Part shown: positions 37,430 through 49,864 of the stretch, piece after piece
How positions within the stretch are numbered: position 1 is the stretch's first letter
How the letters are laid out: every line of letters starts with the position of its first letter
Assembly: GCF_004010195.1 (NCBI RefSeq)
Contig: NC_057718.1
Span: 45,969,897-46,033,896 of the forward strand
Direction of reading: 5' to 3'
From: Chiloscyllium plagiosum
Lineage: Eukaryota
DNA: 64,000 bases
Translations under genes and position numbers: made by a program
Notes under the pieces: generated by a model
Seen by the model: only the letters and a program-made list of their open reading frames with translations
The model's database searches: none
Told to the model about the DNA's origin: nothing

Positions 37430-39570
37430 TGAAAGGAACCACCATTCAAGGGAGCACAAAGCTTGATAGATGGATTGAGGTCAGGTCAACTGGCATCTTA
37501 GATTAAATAACGAATTAATAGAAACACTGTGCAGATACTTAAGGGGGCATTTCAGAAAGCATAGAAAAGAGAAAAGAGAAAATAAATTGCAAGGTGCAGA
37601 CCCACTATCAACGGTTAACTTAAAGTGGACGTATCAAAGAAAAAGCTGATAATTGTGCAATGATAGGTCAGAGGATTGGACAGAATATAAAATGAACCAA
37701 ATGCCTAAAATATTAATAAGGAAGGAAAAATTAGAGTTTAAAGGAAAGCTACTTTTAAAAAAAGGCAATTAAAAAGAGTTTCTTCATCGATTTAAAAAGT
37801 TTACAAAGTGTGCATTGATCTTACAGAAAATGATGCAGGGAAGTAAAATTGGAAAATAAGGAAATGGCAGATAAACTGAACCATTACCTGTCTCAGTCTT
37901 CACTATAAAGGATACAAATAAAATCCTAGAAATAGCTATCATCAGGAATTGGAAGGGAGGGAGGAAAAGAAGAAAATTACAGCTACCAGCAAAGTAATGA
38001 TTGTTGCATCTCTGTACAAGCCCCCAGATTCTGAATGTTTTCAACCCAAACTTTTAAAAGAAGTGGCTACTGAGATAGTTGGTTTTAGTTTTATGGCAAT
38101 CACTAGATTTGGGAAGGTTCCAACAGAATGGAAAGTAGCTATTATATCTTCTTGTTCAAAAAGGGAGGAAGACAAAAACAGGAAGGTTTAGACCAGTTAA
38201 CCTAACATTTAAATATAAGCATGCATTTGTTAAAAGTATCATAACTGGACACTTAGATAAATTCAAAGTAATCAGGCAAAGTCAATAAAGCTTTGTGAAA
38301 GGGAAACAACATTTATCAAGTTTGATTGATTTCTTTGAAGAAGTACCATGTATTCTGGGTTGGGGGGACCAACAGATGTACTGTACTTAGATTTCCAGGA
38401 GGCACTTAATAAAGTGCCACATCAAATCTTATTGCATAAAATAAAAGCTCATCATGCAATGGGTATCATATTGGCATGGAAAGGAGATTAGCTACCTAAC
38501 AGAAAACTGAGTAGCCATAAATAGGTCATTTCTGTTTGGAAGAAACAGTGACAAATGGTTTACCACAGGGATGAATACTGGGACCTCATCACATTACCAT
38601 TTATTTAAACGATTTGTAAGAAGGGACAGATAAATTTGCTCATCACATATAAAGATATGTAGGAAAGTAAGTTGTGAAGAAGATACAACATAGCTACAAA
38701 AAGATAGATGGTTTGATGAGTGGGCAAAGGTGTGGCAAATAGATGTAATGTGAATAAATGTGAATTTGTCCACTCTGGCAGGAATCTTGAAAAAGTAGCA
38801 TAATATCTTCGTAAGTGAGAGAATGCAGATGTTTGAGACTCAGAAGTCTGGTTGTCCAAATATATGATTCGTAAAAGATGAATTGATATCTAAAGTGAAT
38901 AATTAGGAAAGCAAATAAAACGTTATCCATTTATTAAGAGGGGAATTAAATGCAAAAGTTGGGAAGTTGTGCTTCAGTTTTAAGTTCTTATTTCAATAGA
39001 GGCCACTGGTGACACTACATCTGAAGTACTGTACAGCACTGGGCTCCCTAATTAAGGAAGGATGAAACTGGAGGCACTTCAGAAAAGGTTTACTTGGATA
39101 ATACCTGGAACAAGCAGATTGTGTTATGAGGAAAGACAAAACAGGTTGGTCTTTTATTCATTGGAATATAAAAGAGTAAGAAGTGACTTGATTGAAACAT
39201 ACACAATCCTGAGAGGAATTTGACAATGTAGATGTGGGAAGGATGTTTCCTTTGGTGAGAGAATCAAGAACTCAGGGTCACTGTTTAAACATAAGGGATT
39301 GCCCATCTAAGATGCAGGTAATGAGAAACTTTTTACCTTTCCTCTCAAAGGTTGTGAGATTTTGGAATTCTCTATCTCAAAAAAACAGTGGAGACAGACT
39401 CTTTGAATATTGTTCAGGAAGAGATAGATTCTTCATTAGCAAAGAGGTGAAAGGTAATCTAGGATGGTCAGGACTGTGGAGATGAGTTTAAAATAAGGTC
39501 ACCTATGATCTTATTAAATAGCAAAGCATGTTTGAAGAGCTTAGTGACCTATTCCTGCACCTATTTCATA
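37430..39570 (+). mobile_element. Old, heavily decayed CR1 LINE ORF2 and 3'UTR
   Basis: Relic motifs LKEVATEI, GKVPTEWKVA, YLDFQ (TACTTAGATTTCCAG), GRMFPLVRESRTQGH. Confidence 0.8.
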
Positions 39571-40464
39571 TATTTGTAGGTCAGTAATAAGGCTGGAAAA
39601 GTCAAAACTAACTGAGGGAAGATCAAGGGTAATAGAGAGAAGGTTGGTAGATTGAAAAATTGTGGAACAATTCCAGGTTGACAGACAGTTGATCAAGGAG
39701 AATGGTGGATGGTTCAAAGGTGACAGTAAGCTAGGTGAGAGGATAAAGGGAGACTCCAGAATGATGGAAAAAAGGTCAAGGAAGACTGAGGGGCAGTGCA
39801 TGACAACGACTTGAAGCTCCAGGGCTCCAAGAGTGGCTGGTGAGAAGGAGATGGAAGCAGTCAAAGTTCACTGTCCTCCTCTCAGACAGACAGATGCTGC
39901 TGCTGACTTGCGGGGCATGAATGTCTCTCTGGGTGCCATTTAAACACAGCATCTAGACCTTGGATCACAGTGAAGTAACAGCAAGGTCAGTGATTTCCTG
40001 ACCAGTTGACTGGACACATTGATTATACATAGTTAATTTGCTGACCACCATTTGTCTTTCCACTTCAAAGTTCTACTCAGTTCTAGCGCTGCAGTCAAGA
40101 CACTCTCTGATGCCACAAACTTCAGCCTAATGTTGTTTGTTAATCACATGATACAGGCAGCCTGTTCTTCTTAAATGCCCCAAGTTGCATCTTAAGGTGA
40201 AGCTGCCATAAAAGATTGCTATTATGTACATACTTGCATATTTATTACCAGGTCAAAAACATGGGATCTGCATAACAAATATAGAGCTGAGGCATTAGCG
40301 ATGGATATGAGCAGTGGGAAAGATGTCAGATTTCTGCCAATCATGAGGAGATGATTGGGCAAAAATCCCTCAAGGATCATATTCAGAAAGAAGTGGGAGT
40401 AGGTCACTGGAAGATTAACCCCTGCGCTTTGGACCTGACAACTTGGCATTAGTGTCACAACAAG

Positions 40465-40793
40465 GGTAGGTCAGTGTTTAGCAATGTTGCTTCACAATGC
40501 CAGGACTTGGTTAGTGCCCAGCCTTTGGTGACTCTGTGGAGTTGGCACGTTCTCCCTGTATCTGTGTATGATTCCACTGGGTGCTCCAGTTTCTTCCCAC
40601 AGCCCAAAGGTGTGCAGGTTAGGTGGATTGATCATGCTGCATTGACTGTACTGTCCAGAGATGTGCAGGTTGGGCATGTTAGCCATAGTAATTGTGAGGT
40701 TATGGGGATAGGATCTTGGTAGGATGCTCTTTGGCAGGTCAGAGCAGGCTTGATGGGCTGAATAGCCTCTTACTGCACATAGGAATTCTATAA
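40465..40793 (+). mobile_element. Older HE1-type SINE
   Basis: V-domain GGGTGCTCCAGTTTCTTCCCACAGCCCAAAG and tail GGAATTCTAT. Confidence 0.8.
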
Positions 40794-40844
40794 TTGTAAG
40801 TCTAATGATCCCGATTGGATGGTTAACAGCATTTTGAATGTATC

Positions 40845-41925
40845 AAGGCCACATTTGACCAGGTGTTGCGTCAAGGTGCCCTAGCTATACCAGAGTCAAT
40901 GGCAATCATGGAAAAGTCTTTGTTGGTTGCACTTATACCGAGCACAAAGGAAGATTGCTTTAGTTGTTGATGGTCAGGTATCTCAGCACCAGGATATTTC
41001 TGCAGGAGGTCTTCAGAGTAATGTCCTTTTACCAAAATTTCCATCTGCTTTAACAATTTTCCCTCCAACACAAGGTCAGAAGAGGGCTTGTGCAATCATG
41101 ATTGCACAATGTTTAGCATCATTTGTAATTCCTCAGATAGTGAAGCAGTCTGTGTCCAAATGCAGCAAGATCTGGACAATATTCGGGCTTGGGCTGAAAA
41201 GTAGCAAGTATCATTTGCACCACATAAATGCAAGGCAACTAACAACTCCAACAGGAGTTGGTCTAACCATCACTCTTTGATATTTAATGGCATTACCAAT
41301 ACCGAATCTCACCTTACCAACATCCTGGGGGATTCCATTGACCAGAAACTGCATAAGGTCCATATAAATAGTGTGGTTACAAAGGTAGGCCAGACTCTAG
41401 GAATCTTGCAGTGAGTCACCCACTTCCTGATTCTCCAAAGCTTGTCTACCATCTACAAAGCACAAGTCAGGAGTGTGATGGAACATTTCCCACTTGCCTG
41501 GGTGAGTGCAGCTCCAGTAACACTCAAGAAGCTTCACACCATCTGGGACAAAGCAGGCCACAACTGGCAGCGCATCCAAAATATTCACTCCCTCCCCAAC
41601 AATGCTCAGTAGCAAGATGCACCTTTCACAAACACAACCACTCTGGAAGGACAAGAGCAACAGAAATATGGGAACATCACAACCAGCACGTTTCCCTTAA
41701 AAACACTCACCATTCAGATTGGACAATATATTGCCCTTCCTTAAGTGTCACTGGGTCAAAATCCTAGGATTCTCTCTCCATAACAGCATTGTGGGTATAT
41801 CTACTGTGCATATACTGCAGTAGTTTAAGGTAGTACCTCACCAGCACCTTCTCATGGGCAACTAGGTCTGGGCAATAAATACTGACCCAGCTAGTGGCAC
41901 TCACATCCTACAAATGAATTTTTCA
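40845..41925 (+). mobile_element. LINE RT-to-3' fragment (second CR1/L2-like family)
   Basis: RT relic (ATCAAGGCCACATTTGACC; CAGGAGGTCTTCAGAGTAATGTCCT; ACCATCTACAAAGCACAAGTCAGG). Tail GGGCAACTAGG..GGGCAATAAAT. Confidence 0.75.
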
Positions 41926-44381
41926 AAATATGCAATCAAAGAAAAGTGAAATTGTCTAGGCTGTATGACTTTCTATATCTTAAAGATATCAAGGGATATG
42001 TCTTTGCAAAGATGTGCATGGCCATATAAGTTTCAATAGAGTTCATAAGAAGTGAAAATCAGTTTAAAAAATCTAAGTCTTAGAAAGGGAGTGACAATTC
42101 TGCAGTTGCTGAAGATAATTCATATTGTTATGAAGAAAAGTTTCTAAAATACTTATTTTCTCTAACTGTGGATTGTTGCCATATATTAAAGATAATCAAA
42201 GCTGACTACTCAATATAAATAGTAGACGAGACTTGAAAAGCTTCTTAATAGACTTGTGTGGGCATATTGAATTCCTGTTTGGCAGGAATTCAATCCACAA
42301 TGTAGTTTATACTTGGCAGTCAGCTGCACAGGTTAATACAACCAACATGGGGCTGTTTTACAATCTGCTATCACTGTTGGGTTTGGTGGCTTAGGTGCTG
42401 AAACTAAATCTGTACTGAACCTTGGTTTCACTCACAAGAGCTGGAACATATTCAATTCTGGCTGTTGGTTTGGCTGAGATTAGCGATGGCATGCTGGCTG
42501 CTGTTTAACAGGAATTAAAGATGTCATCTACAGTGGTCTCAGGAAGGCTTGTAACCGCTTGGCTGCTCTGTAAAATGCAATGTAGTTTCATCTGGAGCCC
42601 CTTCGGCAAGACAAGGCCTCTCTGGTCAGTGTTATGCCTGAGGTAGTGTCTGATCAGACCTGCTCATCATTAGAATGTAAATCTACCTCTTATTGAAAGG
42701 AGAAGTCCTTACTGAAACTGATACAAAGACAATAGTTAGCATCAGTACCAGACACACAGGCCTCAGGTGATACTCACCACAATTACAATAAATGCTATGC
42801 AATACTCAAAGTTATATTTGTAATATTAAGATATGTGAAATGTTTGTTGTTTTGTGTTCATATGCAAGCGGATTCCTGCAGCTATCAAGGTTTAACTGTT
42901 TTAGTCCTGGTAACACTATCGCTTTAGTGTCTAACTTTTTGGGATCTTGTGCTAAGTCAATAGCTGTGTGCATTTTTTGTAATATTAACACACTTTATTT
43001 TTCATTTCGGTTACAATTACAGACATCCAAAGCACCTGAGCAACATTTCACAATAAAATGAAGAATCACATTCTGAGTCATCCATAACTGCATTTGCTTT
43101 GCAAATTTTGAGCCACTTGAGGCTGACTTTGGAAGAAATGCAAGGAAAGGAATGGATTTCCATCATCAAACAGTAAGGTATGAGCAACACGCAGGAAGTG
43201 CCTACTGACTTCCAATTGCAGGGCATTTATTAATAAATGAGCCACTTGGGTAAAGTCATGGCAATAAATGTACATCTGGGCAAAACTGGAAGAAGATTGG
43301 TAACAGAACAAAATATTCTCCCTTTGAAATTTCCTGTGAGAGTGACTGAAAATGAAAGAGGATTATCTCACAAATTTTCATTGGAAAATTGATTTAAAAA
43401 TTGCAGGTCAGAAGTCACATGTCTGAACTACATTATATGGTGTCACTGCACGTTCAAGAAGAACAAACCAATCAGCCACTTGCAAAGTCCGATCGTACAC
43501 TGAGAGCAATACTCTGTGATTTGAACTGAGGACGCTGCCAATGATGCCTATGCTGGCTGTCGAAGCTTAGAAGAGAAAAACAGACACAGTGCGAGCACAT
43601 TGTGTGCACCCAGCATGTGGGTAACTTTAAAAAAATATAAATATAACCAAAAAAATAAATAATGGGCTTGACCTGGGTTTGCTTTGTTTTGTTTGGACAG
43701 TTTTCTCAGCACTGCTTTTATTTTCCATTTCCCTTGATCTTCAAAAAACACTTTAAAAACAAAAACAAAGCTCTAATCAAATGTCATTTGCCAATTTATG
43801 CAGAACTGACCCATTGCGGAATGCACACCTTCAACCACAAGTGCTTGGAGAAATGTACACAGGAGGCATCACTTTACATGTGCATTCTGGGGTGACTCTT
43901 AAACTGAATTCCTGGATACAAGGATAATTCATCAGCAAGCAGTGATATAGACAGAATACAGATACACTGTTGCCAGTAGTCAGTTGGCATGTGCAACTGG
44001 AAACAATGCCTTATGAATAATGATAAACCATGAACTATCTCCGAGTTTTGAGTGCATTTGCTGGTATTTCCAGTTATCATTTGTTTTTAGTGGAGTGACA
44101 GTTGTGGAAGTTACTGTGGTGGCCAGATTATGAAGATTAAATTTTCAACAGGCAGTTGCCAAGCATTAATTTCTCATCTGAAGAATGGTACCTTATACTT
44201 GATGCAAGATTTCTTCCAAAGATGTGGAGGCCTTCTTCCTCATTAGTGGCTAAAAGTCCAAACGGGAGGCATTTTTTTTTTTGAAGGCATCAGCTTGTTT
44301 TACCTGAGCTTCTCCTCTTAGGGCTGTGCCACTTGCTGCTAGACCCCTTGTTGTTTTGTTACTTCACAAGGATCAGAATTG

Positions 44382-44596
44382 GGAGAAAGTGAGGACTGTA
44401 AATGCTGGAGATCAGAGTCGAGAGTGTAGTACTGGAAAAGCATAGCAGGTCAGGTAGCATCCGAGGGGCAGGAGAATCGACATTTTGGGCATAAGCCCTT
44501 CATCATTCCTGATGAAGGGCTTATGCCCGAAACGTCAATTTTCTTGCTCCTTGGATGCTGCCTGATCTGCTGTGCTTTTCCAGTACTACACTCTTG
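44382..44596. mobile_element. Short fold-back Penelope pLTR element
   Basis: Arms of about 90 bp inverted around 44506. Perfect 16-bp TSD ACAAGGATCAGAATTG (44366-44381 / 44597-44612). Confidence 0.9.
44509..44536 (+). ncRNA. Minimal hammerhead ribozyme motif (intact core)
   Basis: CTGATGA-A-GGGC-TTAT-GCCC-GAAAC-GTC. Confidence 0.75.
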
Positions 44597-44779
44597 ACAA
44601 GGATCAGAATTGACTTGTTTTTTAAAAAAAGAGGCCATTCTGGGTAAGTATTGCAAACCTTCCCCCAAATAATGTTCTCCTTGCTGTACATTCCCTAACT
44701 TTCAACTTTGAGAATACAGAAGACCTTGGAGTGCAGTAGGTACAAAATAATAGCGTGTCCTTTCCCATCATCACAAGCT

Positions 44780-45180
44780 GCCAACCACAGTTGTAACATT
44801 CCTGTCTCCAAGTGAGAAGGTCACAGACTCCCATTTCAGGAATGTAAGCATATAACCTTGGCTAAAAATTCCGTGTAGTACTGAGGGAGTACTGCATTGA
44901 CAGAAATCCCATTCTTCAGCTAAAACTTTTAAACCAATCTTCAGTAGGTCTTATGAAAGTTCCCCGAGTATTATTGGCAACATTTATCCCTCAGTTAAAG
45001 TCATTCAGGAATCTGAAGAAGGGCTTATGCCCGAAACATCAATTCTCCTGTTCCTTGGATGCTGCCTGACCTGCTGCGCTTTTCCAGCAACACATTTTCA
45101 GCTACCTTATTGCATTCCCAATCCTTCAAAAATACATTATTGAAAATGAATGACATCTCAAAATCATCCGTTGGGATGTC
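44780..45180 (+). mobile_element. Decayed Deu-domain SINE (SacSINE1/AmnSINE1-like) interrupted by a solo pLTR at about 45005-45103
   Basis: GTAGTACTGAGGGAGTACTGCATTG and TGGCAACATTTATCCCTCA resemble DeuSINE body motifs (recalled consensus, not aligned). Confidence 0.5.
45013..45040 (+). ncRNA. Minimal hammerhead ribozyme motif in a solo pLTR
   Basis: CTGAAGA-A-GGGC-TTAT-GCCC-GAAAC-ATC (AUC is an allowed NUH triplet). Confidence 0.7.
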
Positions 45181-45314
45181 CCATCTTGAAAATGGATCGA
45201 GTTTTTGGAATGACATAAAATAACACACCAGTGTATTTATAGTGTATTAGAGAATCTGATGCCATTTCAAATACCATTAAAAGGAGCTATTCTGAGTGAA
45301 GAAAATTCCAAAAG

Positions 45315-45820
45315 ACTGTAAGATGTAGGAGCAGAAATAGGCTATTCAGCCCATCAAGTCTGCTCTACCATTTGATCATGGCTGCTATGTTTCTCAGCTC
45401 ATTCTCCTTCCTTCTCCCCATAACTCTTGGGCCCCTTACTAATCAAGAACCCATCTAACTATGTCTTAAAAACACTCAATGACGTGGCCTCCACAGCCTT
45501 TTGTGGCAATGAGTTCCACTCTCTGGGGAGAGGAATTCCTCTTCATCTCAGCTCTAAATTGTGGACCCTACACTCTGAAGCAGTGCACTTGGGTCCTAGT
45601 CTTTCCTACTATTGGAAACATCTTCTCCACATCCACTCTAACAAGGCATCTCAGTATTCTGTAAGCTTCAATCAGATGCCCTTCATCCTTCTACACTCCA
45701 TTGAGTACAGGCCCAGAGTCCTCAACTGCTCTTCATATGACAAGCCCTTCAACTCCAGAATCCTTCTTGTGAACTTCCCTTGGATCCCCTCCCATGCCAG
45801 CATATCCTTCCTTGGACATC
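45315..45820 (-). mobile_element. CR1 LINE 3' fragment
   Basis: GTAGGAGCAGAAATAGGCTATTCAGCCCATCAAGTCTGCTC 3'UTR (reverse) plus RT C-terminus. Confidence 0.8.
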
Positions 45821-45829
45821 TTGCTGAAG

Positions 45830-46480
45830 ATGCCTGTTTTTGTTCTAGTTGGGCAAGGGGTTTCTGTGGTAAGGATTATTACTGGAGACTGGACCAATAA
45901 GATGGGAGACGGCAGTTGCAATGGACAAGGCCTTCAGCTGCGAAGTTCAACTGCTGACCAGGACGTTATTCTCAGACAGTACCCTTCCTATGAAAGCCCC
46001 TCACCCAGACCAATTGCCCATGTCCCAGTGTAAACAGCAATGAGGTGCAGTAAGGGTTATTATAGTTCAGCTCCTGCATTCTCCAAGATTGCTTCCCAGA
46101 GGGAAAACAATCAGAATTGCCCTCATATTGTCTCTCAGAACCAAGTTACTTAGGTATATAGGGAGTTGAGTTCTGATCCATTGGCAGTTCTGACGGGGAA
46201 CAGCCCTGAAGAAAATGGGATGGAGCGGTAAACGAACAGAGGGTAAGAAAATCTGGATTTCTTTCAGCAATTTTTTTGATGTCTGAATTGTTTGTTTTGC
46301 CTTTCTATTGGACTGAGGATATCTAGGTGACAGGCTAAAAGTCCCACATGTTTTCAAATGTTTCAAACATCTCATTAGCAATTGACCTGTTGTAAAAGTC
46401 TATAGCTGCATGGTTCAAGTAGTTATAAAGATCATTAATGGGGCAATCCAGAGACTTTTAGAGAAGTTGATATCTGACAC
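45830..46480 (-). pseudogene. Gypsy integrase relic
   Basis: ORF 46067-46381 contains SPRYPQSNRKAKQTIQTSKKLL...IRTQLP, equivalent to the SPxYPQSNGxAERxVQTxK integrase motif. Further relics may lie at 47050-47480 and 49070-49420. Confidence 0.7.
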
Positions 46481-46499
46481 TGAAGTGTGGTCTCACCAG

Positions 46500-47040
46500 T
46501 GTGGGCAATGCTGGTTGGGCCAGCATTTATTGTCCATCCTTAGTTGTACTTGAGATGATGGTGGTTAGCTGCCTTCTTGAACCACTATAGTCCATTTTGT
46601 GAAGGTACCGTCACAATGCTTTTGGGGGGCTCCAGCACTTTGATCCAGAGACTCTAAAGGTACAATGATATATTTCCAAGTCAGGATGGCGAGTGGCTTG
46701 GAGAGGAACTTGCAGGTAATTGTATTCCTATTTATTTGATGATCTTGTTATAGTTGTGAGTTTGAAAGGTGCTGCCTAAGGACCTTTGGTGAATTTCTGT
46801 GGTGAATCTTATAGATGGTACACACAGACGCTACTGTGTGTCGGTAGTAAAGAGAGTTAGTGTTTGTGAATTTAATAACAATCAAGCAGATTGGTTATGC
46901 CATTGAATGTCAAGGTGCAATGGTTGGATTCTATCCTGTTAGAGATGGTCATTGCCTGGCACTCATGTAGCATGCGTGGTATTTGTAACTATCCACACAA
47001 ACCTGCATATTGTCTAGATCTTGCTGTATTTGGACATGAA
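46500..47040 (-). mobile_element. LINE 3' fragment (second family)
   Basis: GGCCAGCATTTATTGTCCATCCTTAGTTG...GCTGCCTTCTTGAACCAC, the reverse of the 41820-41900 tail. Confidence 0.75.
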
Positions 47041-47693
47041 GCACACTGTTGATCTGTTGGCTGGGTAACACACAGTCTGATGTTGCAGTAGAGATGTGCA
47101 ATAGCCTGTTTTGCATTTGATTTAAGGTTGAAGGTATTTGAAACCCAAGAAATCATGTTTTCTTTGTCTACAAATTTGCTAATCTGTCAAATAGATTTGG
47201 TAGCTTGAATTATCAGGCTGAAAGATGGTTATAAGTGAATTTGTTACATTGTTGGATTGCCAATAGCACTTGATACTATTGATTATCTTCTTGATTTGTG
47301 TAAAGATCATTAGAATTTTTATCTCCTTGTATTAAGCTAATTGTGTTGTGGATTTGTATTCTTTGATTTAAGTTGTTGCTGAGCCTTTGTTCTGGTTAAA
47401 TTTGTTCTTGTAGCTCAAGTTGAAAGCTGTTAAATTTGTTTTGTTTTAAGTGCTGCTTCCAATGTAAAGTTATGTTATCCTTTACAAATATGGCATCTGG
47501 AGAGAGATAAGTTGAAGATATTCCTTTTCCAAGATGGCTGAATGATTGTAGCAACTTTAGTCAAATGACTTCACTCCATATGATTCAATCATTTTTCATA
47601 CTGTATTGATGATGATTTACCACAACAAAATGATTTTTTGACTATATCAAAGATATCTGCCATGGCAGCATTGGCACTTGTTTTTGTATCGAA

Positions 47694-47983
47694 GCATGGT
47701 GGCTCAGTGGTTAGCACTGCTGCCTCACAGCACCAGGGTCCCAGGTTCAATTCTAGCCTTGGGCAACTGTCTGTGGGGAGTTTGCACATTCTCCCTGTGT
47801 CTGCCTCCGGATGCTCCCACAGTCCAAAGATGTGCAGGTCAGGTGAATTGGCCATGCTAAATCACCCATAGTGTTGGGTGCATTAGTCAGAGGGAAATGG
47901 GTCTGGGTGGGTTACTCTTCAGAGGGTCGGTGTGGACTTGTTGGGCCAAAGGGCCTGTTTCCACACTGTAGGGAATCTAATCA
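47694..47983 (+). mobile_element. HE1-type SINE
   Basis: A/B boxes, V-domain and tail GGGCCTGTTTCCACACTGTAGGGAATCTAATC. Confidence 0.92.
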
Positions 47984-48324
47984 AAAGTACTCGTGCACCA
48001 AATTTGATCCATGTGACCAGACTTGCATGCATTTTCTGTATCTGATGTTCTTTATTTTCATTACAATAGCAAAAATTTCATTACTTTCACTAACAGAGCT
48101 CAAATACTACAAATTTCAATAATGATTTTTATTCACAATTTATTTTTTCTTTTCCAATTGATTCTCTTTAAGATTGTATCGGAATAGCTATCTTGCTTTA
48201 CTGTTGTTAATTTCTTATCAATGAAACAGTTCAGAAATTTCAGCTCTGCTCCTCAACCTAGTTTTTTTTTGTAGGAAAACAGATTTTTTATTGCCCTTCC
48301 CTTAAGGGATGGAATCTCACTTAG

Positions 48325-49064
48325 ATATAGGGTCATAGAATCATAGAGATGTACAGCATAGAAACTGAACCTTTGGTCCAACCCGTCCATGCCGACCAGA
48401 TATCCCAACTCGATCTAGTCCCACCTGCCAGCATCCGGCCCATATTCCTCTCAGCCCTTCCTATTCAGAGACCCATCCAGATGCCTTTTAAATGTTGCAA
48501 TTGTACCAGCCTCCACCACTTCCTCTCGCAGCTCATTCCTTACACGTACCACCCTCTGTGTGAAAAGGTTGCCCCTTAGGTCTCTTTTATATCTTTCCCC
48601 TCTCACCTTAAACCTATGCCCTCTAGTTCTGGACTCCCCAACCCCAGGGAAAAGACTTTGTCTATTTATCATATCCATGCCCCGCATAATTTTGTAAACC
48701 TCTATAAGGTCACCCCTCAGCCTCCGACGCTTCAGGGAAAACAGCCCCAGCCTGTTCAGCCTCTCCCTGTAGCTCAAATCCTCCCACCCTGGCAACATCC
48801 TTGTAAATCTTTTCTGAACCCTTTCAAGTTTCATAACATCTTTGCAATAGGAAGGAGACCAGAATCGCATACAATTTTCCGACAATGGTCTAACCAATGT
48901 CCTGTACAGCCGCAACATGACTTCCCAACTCCTGTACTCAATACTCTGACCAATAAACAAAAGCACACCAAACGCCTTCTTCACTATCCTATCCAGCTGG
49001 AACTCCACTTTCAAGGAGCTATGAACCTGTACTCCAAGGTCTCTTTGTTCAGCAACACTCCCTA
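48325..49064 (-). mobile_element. CR1/HER1 LINE 3' fragment
   Basis: ORF 48451-49014 (LYRTLVRP..LERVQKRFTRML..RLRGDLIEVYKI) plus 3'UTR and tail repeat. Confidence 0.95.
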
Positions 49065-49465
49065 GAGTCGCCTTTCTTGGGTCATTGATTCCGATTTCTT
49101 GCCTTATCTGTTAATGGGCTTTCACTGATCTCACTGCTTTTCTAAAGGCGTTTTTCCTTATTACTGACAGTAAAAGGCTTTTTGAGACTTAGTGTTCTAG
49201 TAGTTTCTTGGGAGGAGTTTTCTGTTTAGAGACCTTTCCTTTACAATATCTATTCAGCTCTGAGGCTTTTCCGGCTGGTATCTAATCTTAAAGCTGTACC
49301 AATAATGAAATGATTTTTGCACTGTTCTCTTCTCCAAATGATTTCAGGTCTACTCCTTGATCTTCACTACTGCCATGCTTTCTAGGCACTGAATCCCAAA
49401 GCTGTCACCATTTTCTACCATGCATTTTGATGCCACTCAATGAGTTTGGTTTCTTTATAGACTGG

Positions 49466-49617
49466 GTGGAGGTGGGTGCTACAGGTGCTGGCGATTAAAG
49501 TCAAGACTAGAGTGGTGCTGGAAAAGCACAGCAGATGAAGGGCTTTTGCTCGAAACGTCGATTTTCCTGCTCCTCAGATGCTACCTGACCTGCTGTGCCT
49601 TTCCAGCACCACTCTAA
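49466..49617. mobile_element. Short asymmetric fold-back Penelope pLTR element
   Basis: TAGAGTGGTGCTGGAAAAGCACAGCA | GATGAAGGGCTTTTGCTCGAAACGTCG...TGCTGTGCCTTTCCAGCACCACTCTA. Imperfect TSD TTTCTTTATAGACTGG / TTTCTTTTTTATAGGCTGG. Confidence 0.8.
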
Positions 49618-49652
49618 TTTCTTTTTTATAGGCTGGTCAAGGAGGAGGCAAT

Positions 49653-49815
49653 GTCATAGAGTCATACAGCAAGGAAACAAACCCATCGGTCCAACTTGTC
49701 CATGCCGAACAGGTTTCCCAAACTAAACTAATCACATTTGCCTGTGTTGGGCCCATATCCCACTAAACTTTTTCCATTCGTGTCCCTGTCCAAATCTCTT
49801 TTAAAAGTTGTAACC
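49653..49815 (-). mobile_element. CR1 3'UTR fragment
   Basis: GTCATAGAGTCATACAGC tail; homologous to 32106-32270. Confidence 0.8.
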
Positions 49816-49864
49816 TCTATCAGATTATTTTATTTTCCTGAACAAGCCAATTTAGCAGTCTACT

